64,000 nucleotides of DNA from Vairimorpha necatrix (GCA_036630325.1 CP142728.1:186001-250000); one strand, 5' to 3'. Shown: positions 11,328 through 23,519, counted from the stretch's first letter. The notes: a model not told the origin generated them from the letters alone. Numbers and translations: made by a program.

Positions 11328-14276
11328 TTTACATCTTAATGATACATGATATTATAAATGAAATAAAAAAATAGGTCGTCCCCGATTTTTTTAAAAATCT
11401 AAGTAACTAAGGAGAAATGCAATTTCCTAATTTTTCTTTATCGTTTTTTTTATTTATATATTTAGATAAAAATTTTAATTATAAAATAATTTATTTTTTC
11501 TCTAAAGAATCTTTTTATGGAGAAAAAATGGTCCGGCTTGGGCCGGATACTTCGAAATCTGTAAGGAAAATCTTTGGGGCGTAAGTAAATAAAATATTAG
11601 CGGCGATGTTATACGTGAGTTAAAATTAACATTTACTTGAAAGGGTGAAATTGATATCTTAAAAATGTCAAAAATCGTATATTTTAGATAACCCCCTAAT
11701 AAACTACTAGCTACGATTTTTTTTTTGAATATCATCGAAGAAGCTTTATATTGTAACATTCTAGATCTTACAAAAAAATCATCTGCATATTGTAAGATTT
11801 TTTTTTATGGTTTTGAATTTTGTAGTGGCAAAAAAATATTTATATATCATATAAATATATAACATTACATTTGATAATATAGATGTAAATCTTGTGGTTA
11901 GTCTTACTTTAGGTTTTTTTTTCATACATATATGCCATCAATATGTATGTATTAATAATATTTATATAGTTAATTCAACACTAAACATGTATTTAAGTGT
12001 TTGTTTTGCAAGTGGTTTTTAAAAATAAATCAAATACCTGTTTTATTTTATCTGTCGAATATACCAAAAATTTTGCATATGTAACAACAAACTAGTTATA
12101 TCAATACAATCAACAAAAACATTACAATATTACAAACAATTGTTAGTATTGCCGTAGCCCATCAAAAACTAGCTAGCAATTTTTCGACGAATGAACATAT
12201 TTGATAAGCTTCTTAAACTATTTAAATTAATTTACAAACGAGATGATTAGAAACAAAAATTAAACATTTGACAATTATAACTACCATCTGAAATTATAAT
12301 ACGTAAACGTGATGAAAAATTTACTCCTTACGTTTTATATATTAGAAAATAAAAATCAAGCGCCTAAAAATATATATAATACCGAGAGGTAAATGATCAT
12401 TTACGTTTATACGTTTGTTATAGTTACTAAAAATTTTATTTATATGAATAAATAGTAATTGTAACCTTTTTAAAGCAATAATATGTTTAATGCACCATAC
12501 TTGATTATAACAATATAAATTGTATATTAATGGGCAAATAAAAAAAATAATAAATGTTTTTATTAACTATTTAGATCCTTTAAAAAAAGCATATCCTATT
12601 ACGGCACATGCAGCAAATACTCCCATTACGAAAGATATATTTTTATAACATCTACTCTCTTGTTTTTCGGCTAGATTAACCAATTCAACATTATTCTCGG
12701 ATTTTATTCTTGACTTCTTGTCAGAAAGTTTATTTTCGGACTCAAAGAGGGCGTGTGTATGTTCATCAAAATCTATTTCAAGCATATCAAGATTTTCGCT
12801 AGTTATTTCTAATGGAAGGTCTCTAGATTCTGCAAAAGCTATATCACTTCTAACCGATCTATCTTCAAATTCTTCGTTATCTATTTTTAGATTTTTGTCT
12901 TCCAATTCTAAAAATGCTTCTATTTTATGATCAAGTTCTTTCTCGAGTAGTCTAAAATTTTCTTCAGTCAGTTCTTGAGGAATCGGTATAATTATAAATT
13001 CTTCTTCGCTTGAATCGAAGTGATTATCGACTAATTCTAATGATGTATCTTTATTTTCCCCAACGTTTTGTAGAAGCGAATTCGAACCTTTGATGTATCT
13101 TTCCGATGATGTTTGTGGTATAATCTCTAAAAAAGACTCAACTGGATAAATGTTATTTTGATTGCTAAAATTTGATGAATCGCTAGCATTCAAATACGAT
13201 ATTATTTTTGTCAAACATAAGAGCTGCATGGGGGTATTTCCGCCTCTTTTTTTATATTAAACAATTAATTTATACAATATATATCTTTGCAATTTGCTTT
13301 GATTTTTACAAAATTTTTATACTTTATATTTCCCTCCAATTTTTTTTCTAAAAATTTTATTTTTAATATAATTCGAATAAATTTTTTTTAATTTTATATA
13401 TTTAAAGTAAAAAATGTATTTATAAATATTCCAAACAAATCAATTCTTTGATCATGTCTAATTGTTATTTAATTAGTTTGCTGTCGAAGTTAAAATTTTA
13501 TTGACATGCAGATTTTTGATGTTTAATTGTATCTATGAATAATTTTAAATAAGAAATATTATCTAAACAATATTAATTCCGAAAACTCAAAGCACCGACT
13601 GGATATTTTGACGTTTATTAGTATTTCTCTTCCTTAAAAAATTTTTTTGTTTTTTATTTTACATAAAAAAGATAATAAAAATACAGAAGTACTTACAAGT
13701 GTACAAAATAATTGTGTATTTCATTTGTAAACATAACTTTTAAAATAAAAAAAAAGTTTAAAGTAAAAACTTGACTATTATACTTTTATTTTAAAAGTTA
13801 TATTGTGATTTATCTATTTTAAATTCATATTTATAATGTTTAATTTGCCGACAAATATTTCGATAGTGTTTTTAATTTATCAATAATTGAATAAATCAAA
13901 AATTCTCAAACACGTGTCATTCTTTTCAATATAACTGTCAGGTTAACATTTATTACCCCTTTGATAACCTGATGTTCATGGTCAACGTGTTGATCAATAT
14001 AATTATATCAACAACATGAAGAATAAGATACGGGTTGCAGAATGAAGAATAATTATAATTGATTGACGAAAATTCTAAATTTTTATGTTGGTAACTTTCA
14101 ATAATATAAATCTAATTTTTTTAATTATAACTTGACAAAAATGATAAATTTTTTGTAGTTAAAGAATATCCATGTTTTTTTAAAAATAATTTTAACTCAG
14201 AAACAACTTCCAGAATAGATTTATCATTAAGAATACAATACATTTATTTTTATATTTATTTTAAAGTTTTATAGGA
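11328..14276. repeat. Segmental duplication, copy 1
   Basis: Highly similar to 18483-21595, from tttacatcttaatgatac to ...ataGGA. Includes the gene at 12567-13229. Confidence 0.92.
12567..13229 (-). CDS. Acidic secreted/membrane protein (signal peptide, two ELTEENLxLLExELD-type repeats, C-terminal TM)
   Basis: 220-aa ORF with CCCCC before the ATG. N-terminus MQLLCLTKIISYLNA, C-terminal helix ISFVMGVFAACAVIGYAFF. Paralogue of 19689-20549. Confidence 0.85.
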   Translation of the reverse strand: MQLLCLTKIISYLNASDSSNFSNQNNIYPVESFLEIIPQTSSERYIKGSNSLLQNVGENKDTSLELVDNHFDSSEEEFIIIPIPQELTEENFRLLEKELDHKIEAFLELEDKNLKIDNEEFEDRSVRSDIAFAESRDLPLEITSENLDMLEIDFDEHTHALFESENKLSDKKSRIKSENNVELVNLAEKQESRCYKNISFVMGVFAACAVIGYAFFKGSK

Positions 14277-14326
14277 TGTTATATTCTGTAATATTATTGA
14301 CCCCCAATTTATGACAAATAAAGACA
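14277..14326 (+). repeat. 5' LTR (50 bp)
   Basis: tgttatattctgtaatattattgacccccaatttatgacaaataaagaca, followed by tggcg. Confidence 0.9.
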
Positions 14327-17318
14327 TGGCGAACACAAGAAACAAAAAGTCAGCAAGTGAGGACTGTGGTCAGGTGATCAGAACGATATGGAAGGAGTTT
14401 GGTATTATTATGTATGGATTGAGATTGAGAGAAGAGAAAGGGATTGAATTGAAAGACATTTTTAGTTTGGGTTCAGAGGATTTGAGAAATTTTATGGTGG
14501 AATATGTGAGGAAGGAGGACGGAATTGAGAAAATGGAGAAAATTTTAGAAGAGATGTATAGAGTAGAGGAAGAGCAGAGAGGAGAGAAAGAGATGTCGAA
14601 GGAGATTACGGAGAGAATCGTCAGAGAGGTAAGAGGAGAGATTGAACAGCAGAGGCGTTGGGCTGTGAGAAGAAGAGTTATAAGATGTTATGAGTGTCAG
14701 AGAATGGGACATAAGAGTGATAGATGTTATTACAAATATAAAGGAAAAGAAAATAAAAAGGAGTGCAATGCAGTCTACGAAAATGATAGTAGCGCTAGTG
14801 AGCGGAGTGGATATAGGACGACAGCAGCCGCGAAGAGGCAAAAGAAGCCTACAAGTAGAGAACTTCCAAAAAGAAAAAATGAAGTTGAGGCAGCTGGAAG
14901 CGTTTTAGGACTTGAAGAACTGAAGACAAAATATAGGAAAGTGTTTAGTTCGGGAGACGAGGTTATAGAATATTGTACGATTGAGAAATGTAAGATAAAA
15001 ACACAAGAGGGTGCTAAAGTAGTGAAGAAAGGACAGTGCATACCTCAAGCATTAATGGAGGATACTGAAAATTTTATTAAAGGACTGGAAAAGAGGAAGG
15101 TAATAAGAAGTCGAATTCGGAATGGAGAAATCCAATGAGAGCGTTAAGAAATCCAGATGGCGGAATAAGGCTAGTGAGTATTTTGATGGCCTTGAATGAT
15201 TTGGTTGAAAAGGATCCTTATGAGTTAGTTAATATAAGAGACATAATTAGAAATACACAGGGTTCAAAATATTTTACGGTAATTGATTTAAAGGAAGGAT
15301 TTTATAGTATTGAGATCGACGAGGCAGATAAACATAAAACTGCATTTGAATTTAATAGAAGGGTTTATGAGTGGAATAGTATGGTTATGGGATACAAGAA
15401 CTCCCCGCAGATTTTACAAAGAATAATGAATAAATTGTTTAAAAGACACTTGGGAAAAGGAATAGAAGTGTATATGGATGATATTGTTATACATGCAGCG
15501 ACGAGAGAGAAACACGATATATCGTTAGGAGAAGCACTTAGGAAGTTGAAAGATAATAAGATGAGGATTAATATTAATAAGGTACAGTTATGCTTGAAGG
15601 AGGTAAAGCTATTGGGGGTTACACTGAATGGTTTAGAGATAACACCGTCTGAAATAAAACAAAACGAAGCGTTAGAATTCCCAGAGCCACAAAACGTGTC
15701 AGAAGTAAGGAGATTTTTAGGATTAACAGGATGGTTTAGGGGCTTTATAAAAAATTATGCGGATTTAACGGTACATTTGACCGACAGTTTGAAGGGTAAG
15801 AACGAATGGAAATGGACAGAAAATATGAAAGATGAATTTGTTAAGTTGAAAGAAAAGGTTAAGACATTGGGAAAGTTGAAGATAGTTAATTATGAAAAGG
15901 AGTTTTTATTGAGAACCGATGCGTCAAACCTAGGAATGGGTGCAGTATTAATGCAAAAGAATGACGAAGAGGATTTGGTGCCACTACAGTGGGCTTCGAA
16001 AAAGTTTACTCCCACGGAATCAAGATACGGAATAAGCGAGAAAGAGATGTATGCGGTCTACTGGGGAATCAAAAAGTTCGATTATGAATTAAGAGGTCGT
16101 AAATTTGAAGTTGAAACAGACCATAAAGCTTTGATAGAAATCAGGAGAAAGCCACAATTCGATAATAATAGGATTAATAGGTGGATAGAGAAGATTCAAG
16201 AGTTCGATTTTACAATTGAGTACATGAAGCCAGATATAATGGTAGTGGCCGATGCGTTAAGTAGAGCGCCTGTTGAAGAGACTGAGAAAGAAGAAATGAT
16301 AAAGAAAAGAACAGTGAAACAAATCGAAGGAAAAGAAAAAAAAATACAGTATATGAAGATGGAAATGAATACTGGGTCTTTGATAGTGGTATAAGAGCAG
16401 AGATACCAAAGGAGGAAAATAGGGCAAAGTTAATAATGGAATATCATGAAAATGAAGGTCATCGTAGTGTTGGAAGTGTTTATTATGCGATGAAGAAGCT
16501 TTACTATTGGTTAGGGATGAAGTCAGAGATTTATATGAGTTATTGAAGTGTGAAAGATGTCAAATTTATAATAGGAAGAAGTCGGGCGGATGTGATTTTA
16601 TTAGTACCAGTAGATATTTAGAGAAAGTAGCTTTTGATTTGATTGAATTTCGCGACGAATGTAATTACGTTTTGATTGGTGTTGATTACCATACTAGATT
16701 GATTTGGGGAGTGAGCATGAAGGAAAAAAAGGCTCAGAATGTTGCTTGATTTATAGAAAGTTTATGTAGGAACGGAAACCGATCAGAGGAAATAATAACC
16801 GATAATGGCAAGGAATTTGTTAATGGGGGGATCTTAGGATATTATGTAGAAGATTAGATATTGCTCACAGGAAGATAAGCATAGAAAGCCACCGTAGTAA
16901 TGGACGTGTAGAGAGAGTAATAGAAACATTGAGAGAAGCTATTATGAAAATGAAAGGCGATGATTTTGACGATAAGGTTATGAGAGCGATTGATATGTAT
17001 AATAATAGTTACCACAGTGGGTTAGATTGTACACCGAAAGAGGCAATTATGGATACTAGTGGAAAAGTTATGATAGAAAATGGTCCTGAAGGAAGATACA
17101 GTAAGAAGTTTGTTAAATGGAAGAGAGAAAAGTTTTACAGGAATCAGAAAGTACGAGTAGCGAAAAAAGAAAATTTGAAGGGATGTACTAAATATGAAAA
17201 AGGACGATTTATGGAGAAGGGAAAAATTTACGCGATTTGTGGAGGTGATTCTTATATTGTACGATTGGAAACAGGACGGCTGGTGAAGAAAAGACATTAT
17301 GATTTAAAGGGGGTTTGA
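14311..17318 (+). pseudogene. gag-pol, broken by frameshifts and a stop
   Basis: Gag zinc knuckle CYECQRMGHKSDRC. RT IDLKEGF..MGYKNSP..YMDD. RNase H TDAS..EKE..TDH..VADALSR. Integrase GH..CERC, AFD, TDNGKEF, SNGRVER. Frameshifts near 15115, 16345 and 16830; stop at 16747-16749. Confidence 0.9.
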
Positions 17319-17350
17319 GTAAGTATGAGACTAATCGTCTTGGAGGGGGA

Positions 17351-17399
17351 TGTTATATTCTGTAATATTATTGACCCCAATTTATGACAAATAAAGACA
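17351..17399 (+). repeat. 3' LTR (49 bp)
   Basis: Identical to the 5' LTR except C4 versus C5. Directly follows the polypurine tract. Confidence 0.9.
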
Positions 17400-17687
17400 T
17401 ATTATGTTTTTTAAGACGATTGAAATAGAAGCGTATCAATATAATTATGTTTAAGCTTTGATGAATATTTTTAATTGCAAACAAAGGCTTATGTGCTTAA
17501 GAAAAACAGTTAATTTTGTAATTGCCTTATAATTCAATGTATTCGTATGATCTTACCTTTCGATTTTAGATCCCGAAATAATTTACCTTATTTAGTCCCA
17601 TTGAAAATAAGGTTTCTACTTTACATGTAATGTCTTAAAAAATATCTTGGCTTATTGATAACACAGGTGTAAACATATAGCGCATGA

Positions 17688-18482
17688 GGTGCCCTTAGCA
17701 CAGTGCTAGAATGCTATGCTTCCATTGAGCAATGGCTGGGTTCGATTCCCAGGGGCACCAAAATTGTTTCTACTTTCTATGATGCAGTTGGAACAACTCA
17801 GATGATGAAAATGTCCACGATAATCATTAAGTTGATTCAATGAAACTTGTGTGTGTCCAGCCACAAGGGGATTAGCATCTAGTGTAGAAACGCACCTCAA
17901 GGCCAAAAAGCAGTATCGCCCTTTGGTGACTTAATGATACATAAAAGTATCTAATGGGTACGGCCTAGTTGGAGCCCATGGCTGGTGCACTCTAGAGTGG
18001 GATCCTAGAGCTAACTAAGAGACTAGACGAAGTAGGGCAATAGAAGGTCTCGTGGACCCTATCCTACATGATTCTGTAATACGGTGGCCGAAACTAGTGG
18101 GAGACTGGTGGTCAACGCAGCCCAATAAAAACGCGGGGCTGGGGATGTGGTCGTGTAAGGAGCCGTGTGTGCAATACGGATGATTGTAGGGACCTTTGAG
18201 TCAGTACGATGATGTCTCTCCTCGGGTTATAGATAACCATGCCCGTTAAGTATATCCGCTGTGAGGTCACTCTGGACGCGATTTGAGGTATAAATGGAAA
18301 GTGTTCTCCTGGAGCCAAAGTCCAATGGATACGGCGGAGCTTGCTGCACCGGCAAGTGTATGGAGGGAGTTTTAGTGAGTAAGAATCTCATAGTACCAGT
18401 TGGATGAGGATCACAGCCAAATCCCTCTGGTCCCTATGTAAGGTTTCTCCCTACCTCTTGCTTGCAAGAAAAAAAAAAAAAA
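17688..18482 (+). mobile_element. tRNA-headed SINE-like non-coding retroposon, best-preserved copy
   Basis: 73-nt tRNA-like head at 17688-17760: acceptor GGTGCCC/GGGCACC, A-box-like TAGCACAGTG, perfect T arm CTGGG-TTCGATT-CCCAG. GC-richer non-coding body ending CTTGCAAG plus poly(A) at 18469-18482. Dispersed copies occur in the window. Confidence 0.85.
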
Positions 18483-21400
18483 TTTACATCTTAATGATAC
18501 ATGATATTATAAATGAAATAAAAAAATAGGCCGTCCCCGATTTTTTTAAAAATCTAAGTAATTAAGGAGAAATGCAATTTCCTAATTTTTCTTTATCGTT
18601 TTTTTATTTATATATTTAGATAAAAATTTTATTCCAAAATAATTTATTTTTTCTCTAAAGAATCTTTTTATGGAGAAAAAATGGTCCGGCTTGGGCCGGA
18701 TACCCCGAAATCTGTAAGGAAAATCTTTAGGGCGTAAGTAAATAAAATATTAGCGGCGATGTTATACGTGAGTTAAAATTAACATTTACTTTACAGGGTG
18801 AAATTGATATCTTAAAAATGTCAAAAATCGTATATTTTAGATAACCCCCTAATAAATTACTAGCTACGATTTTTTTTGAGTATCATCGAAGAAGCTTTAT
18901 ATTGTAACATTCTAGATCTTACAAAAAAATCATCTGCATATTGTAAGATTTTTTTTTATGGTTTTGAATTTTGTAGTGGCAAAAAAATATTTATATATCA
19001 TATAAATATATAACATTACATTTGATAATATAGATGCAAATCATGGATTATAACTTATTATGGGTTTTAAAAACATAAGAGATATCAAAACGTATGTATT
19101 AATAATATTTATATAGTTACTTCAACACTAAACATGTCTTTAAGTGTTTTATTGAAATTCAATTGTATGTTTTATTTTATCTGTCAAATATACCAAAAAA
19201 TTGCATATGTAACAAAAAAACCAGTCATATAAATACAATCAACAAAAACAATACAATTTTACTTACAATTATTATTATTCCTTGTTCACATCAAAAACTA
19301 GAAAATAATCTTCCGATGAATCAACGTATGAAAAACTCCTTAAACTATTTATATTAATTTACAAAAGAGAGTATGGGTCCGTAATGAAACATTTGAAATT
19401 ATTAAATATCGTTTGTTCATTTAAATACATCACAGAAGGAAAAATAAACTCCTTACGCTCCATATATTAGAAAAAAAAATCAAGCGGCCAAAAATATATA
19501 TAATACCCGTAGGTATATGATTAATTGCGTTTATATGTTTGTCAAAATACCTAGAACTTCATTTAATCCAATAAATCATAATTGTAAACTTTTTAAAGCA
19601 ATAACATTATCAATACAGCATACTTGATCTTTACAATATAAATTGAATATTAATGAGCAAATAAAAAATATAATTAATTTTTTATTAACTAGTTATATCC
19701 TTTTAAAAAAGCATAACCTACAACAGCACATGCTGCAAATACGCCCATTCCGAAAGATATATGTTTACTACATCTACTATCTTGTTTTTCATCTATATCA
19801 ACCGATTCAAAATTATTTTCGGCTTTTATTGTTGACTGCATGTCGGAAAGTTTATTTTCAGAAACAAACGAAGTGTGTTTAAGTTCATCAAGTTCTATTT
19901 CCAGTAGTTTGAGATTTTCGCTTGTTATTTCTAACGGGAGATCTCTAGATTCTGCAAAAGCTTCTTCACTTTTCACTGGATTGTCTTCAAATTCTTTTAT
20001 ATTTATTTCGAGATTATTGTCTTCCAATTCCAAAAATGCTTCTATTTTTTGATCAAGTTCTTTCTCGAGTAGTTTAAGATTTTCTTCCGATAATTCTACT
20101 GATTCGTATATAAATTCATTTTTTCCGTCTTCTTTTGTATCGATTTGTTCGTATTTTTCTCCTGATGGTATGTTTAATGATCCACTAAGACTCTCTTCAT
20201 ATATATTGGGATTATCATCAGTTAATTCTGTTTTTGGATGAGAAAGTTCATCAAGTTCCAACTCGAGAAATCTAAGATTTTCTTCCGTAAGTTCTAGTGG
20301 TTCGTTTAGAGTTATAAATTCTTCTTCGCTTGAATCGAAGTGATTATCGACTAATTCTAATGATGTATCTTTATTTTCCCCAACGTTTTGTAGAAGCGAA
20401 TTCGAACCTTTGATGTATCTTTCCGATGATGTTTGTGGTATAATCTCTAAAAAAGACTCAACTGGATAAATGTTATTTTGATTGCTAATATTTGAAGAAT
20501 CGCTAGCATTCAAATACGATATTAAGTTTGTCAAACATAAGAGCTGCATGGGGTATTTTCCGCCTCTTTTTTATATTAAATAATTAATTTATACAATATA
20601 TATCTTTGCAATTTGCTTTGATTTTTACATAATTTATATACTTTATATTTCCCTCTAAATTTATTTCTAAAAACTTTATTTTTAATATAATTCGAATAAA
20701 TTTTTTTTAATTTTATATATTTAAAGTAAAAAATGTATTTATAAATATTTTAAACAAATTAATTCTTTGATTATGTCTAATGGTTATTTAATTAGTTTGC
20801 TGTCGAAGTTAAAATTTTATTGACATGCAGATTTTTGATGTTTAATTGAATCTATGAATCATTTTAAATAAGAAATATAATCCAAACAATATTAATTCCG
20901 AAAACCCAAAGCACCGACTGGATATTTTGACGTTTATTAGTATTTCTCTTCCTTAAAAAAATTTTTTGTTTTTTATTTTACATAAAAAAGATAATAAAAA
21001 TACAGAAGTACTTACAAGTGTACAAAAGAATTGTGTATTTCATTTTAAACACAACTTTTAACACAAATAAAAAGTTTAAAGTAAAAACTTGACAATTATA
21101 CTTTTATTTTAAATGTTATATTGCGATTTATCTATTTTAAATTCATATTTATAATGTTTAATTTGCCGACAAATATTTCGATAGTGTTTTTAATTTATCA
21201 TACATTGAATAAATCAAAAATTTTCAAACACGTGTCATTCTTTTCAATATAACTGTCAGGTTGACATTTATTACCCCTTTGATAACCTGATGTTCATGGT
21301 CAACGTGTTGATCAATAAAATTATATCAACAACATGAAGAATTAGATACGGGTTGCAGAATGAATAATGATTATAATTGATTGACGAAAATTCTAAATTT

Positions 21401-21595
21401 TTATGTTGGTAACTTTCAATAATATAAATGCTATTTTTTTAATTATAACTTGACAAAGATGAATAAATTTTTTGTAGTTTAAGAATATCATGTTTTTTTT
21501 AGAAATAATTTAAACTCAAAAACAACTTCCAGAATAGATTTACCATTAAGAATACAATACATTTATATTTATATTTATTTTAAAGTTAAATAGGA
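18483..21595. repeat. Segmental duplication, copy 2
   Basis: Homologous to 11328-14276. Begins immediately after the SINE poly(A). Confidence 0.92.
19689..20549 (-). CDS. Acidic secreted/membrane protein (signal peptide, three acidic repeats, C-terminal TM)
   Basis: 286-aa ORF. The first ~79 aa are almost identical to 12567-13229, and it carries an extra internal repeat block. CCCC precedes the ATG. Confidence 0.85.
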   Translation of the reverse strand: MQLLCLTNLISYLNASDSSNISNQNNIYPVESFLEIIPQTSSERYIKGSNSLLQNVGENKDTSLELVDNHFDSSEEEFITLNEPLELTEENLRFLELELDELSHPKTELTDDNPNIYEESLSGSLNIPSGEKYEQIDTKEDGKNEFIYESVELSEENLKLLEKELDQKIEAFLELEDNNLEINIKEFEDNPVKSEEAFAESRDLPLEITSENLKLLEIELDELKHTSFVSENKLSDMQSTIKAENNFESVDIDEKQDSRCSKHISFGMGVFAACAVVGYAFLKGYN

Positions 21596-22049
21596 TTTAT
21601 TTTATACTATGAGAAACTACGACCACCGTATTTTGAATTCTAATCAAAACTTATATTTGCAAAAGTGTGTGTAAAACAAATTTTTAGTCTTGATGAATAT
21701 AAACTCTCCAATAAAAATTTTTTATAAGTTATATAATCAATTATTAATTACATATGATACTATACGATTTTTTTTTAAAAAACCTTATCTAAAAATTTAA
21801 AGGATTTTTAACAAAATGTGCCTAACATTCATTCCATATAAAATTTTAAAAAATTTTGTTATATAAAAATTTACATGAGATCCGATGATAAACACATATT
21901 GCGGAGAAATTTTAACTGATTTTGTTTTATTTGTTGAATAAAACTAATTTAAATAAAAAAATTAAATTTGTTTATATTGAACTATTCACATTTTTTAGTA
22001 TTGAAAAAAATATTAGAAAAAAAGGAAAATCTTCCACGAAGGCTTCCGT

Positions 22050-22900
22050 TTACAGGCCTCGTCGACCAGCGAAATGCTTTCAAGAATATTCTTGAAGGTA
22101 GTCGCAAAGATACTTAGTTAGATCTGATTTTAAGTTATAGGTTATCTGCTTTTGCGTGATAAAAAGAGAACATTACTTCTAAGACCATCACTTGTAATAA
22201 TATTTTCCTTTTTTAGTCAAAATTGACTCAATGTAATGTGTCAAACGGTCGTACATACGTACTTTTCCCTGTACTTGCTAGAAATGTTAACAGATACACT
22301 CTCTTTTCTAAACTATAATTTCTATATTGCGCTCATCTATCATTTCTATGCCTGATTTTTTAATTTGATATTTTTTTGTCTCAAAAGATGTGTCAACGTT
22401 ATCTATTAATTATTTCGTCTACAATTTGCTGGAACGAGAGTGTTCTAAAGCTCTCTCTCATTTTTTCATTTTGATTTTTTACATAAGAAAATTTAAGGGA
22501 TTTCACATTTTATTGCGATATGGTCAATAGTTTTTTAGACTTAGTTAAGCAAAAGCACATACTTTTTAGATGATTGAGTCTATATCATACAGGGAGCATA
22601 GTACGGGCTCCTGCGTTGGCCAATTACCATCTGTAGCCACATTGTCAATTCTTTGTTAGATAACGAATCATTTTTTTCACAAGATTAACTTTTTGTGTAA
22701 ATATCAAGTTTTAACTTGTTAGCCTGTCGAAATCTATGCTTATTGTAACTATCCATTGTTATGTTTAAATGATCGATTTCTTTAGTTATATACGTCTATG
22801 TGGTTGAAATTGGGATTTGGCATTAGTATGTATAGGTATCATATCATAATTATAAGCCCAAGCGAATGTTTTTCGACGCTTTTATAGTTGTGATGTAAAA
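22050..22900 (-). mobile_element. Decayed 3' remnant of an RLE-type (R4/Dong-like) non-LTR retrotransposon
   Basis: Minus-strand colinear remnants WLQM..W..QEPVLCSL, KTIDHIAIKCE (~22501-22535), KVRMYDRL (~22243-22266) and NILESISL (~22065-22090). These resemble the CCHC/RLE tail of microsporidian LINEs (KTVDHLATRCE, EKLRKYDLL, KKTVETISFD), recalled from memory. Boundaries are approximate. Confidence 0.65.
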
Positions 22901-23519
22901 TACTATATTGAGAATGTTAACAGCTGTCTTAGATAAAGTTATTATAAGACTATAATACAAGTATGATAAGATTATAATAATTCGAAACAGACTGATTTCA
23001 GAGCTGACCTTTTTAGTACTTATAGAATACTAAATACAATAAAATAACAAACGATCATTTTTCAAAAAAAGGCAATGGCAAGACTTGTTCGATAAAGCTC
23101 ATTACATTAGCTTTGCCATTTTTGACATAGTTTACGAATTTTATTCATCTAAGCATTCTACTATGTATACTCTTAAAGTAGCATCATAGAATGTTATTTA
23201 TGTTCTAACTCATTAGCATGCAATACAACATAATTATACTATATTTCTAAATGATAAAACTTTTTTTTAATATTTAATTAATGACATTGTGCAATACTAC
23301 TTAAAAAAACCTTATTTTGTGGCATACGAGGTAGATAGGCAGAAAAATTGTAATTTAAAAGCGCACAAGGCGGTGCTTTATACATTCTTTTTAATCTGCA
23401 TCGAGAAAACTATAATTAAACCGCGGATCAACCCTTTTAGATCATGGGGGTTCAACGTCTTTTCATAGTAATTAAAATGTTTTGTATTTCTGCGATAATC
23501 AAGGTTTTAAGCAGAATAA

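Larger units (their letters stand above)
14277..17399 (+). mobile_element. Decayed Ty3/Gypsy LTR retrotransposon with 49-50-bp LTRs
   Basis: Direct repeats 14277-14326 and 17351-17399 (TG...CA). PBS-like TGGCG at 14327 and PPT GGAGGGGGA at 17342-17350. Order is gag, RT, RNase H, integrase. Confidence 0.92.

Noticed and set aside
17688-17760. Functional tRNA gene
   Set aside because: The anticodon loop and D-loop are non-canonical, there is no terminator right after it, and it is the head of a dispersed repeat.
17706-18318. Short ORFs at 17706, 18112, 23602, 23748 and 2646
   Set aside because: They lie within SINE copies, and the frames are not conserved between copies.
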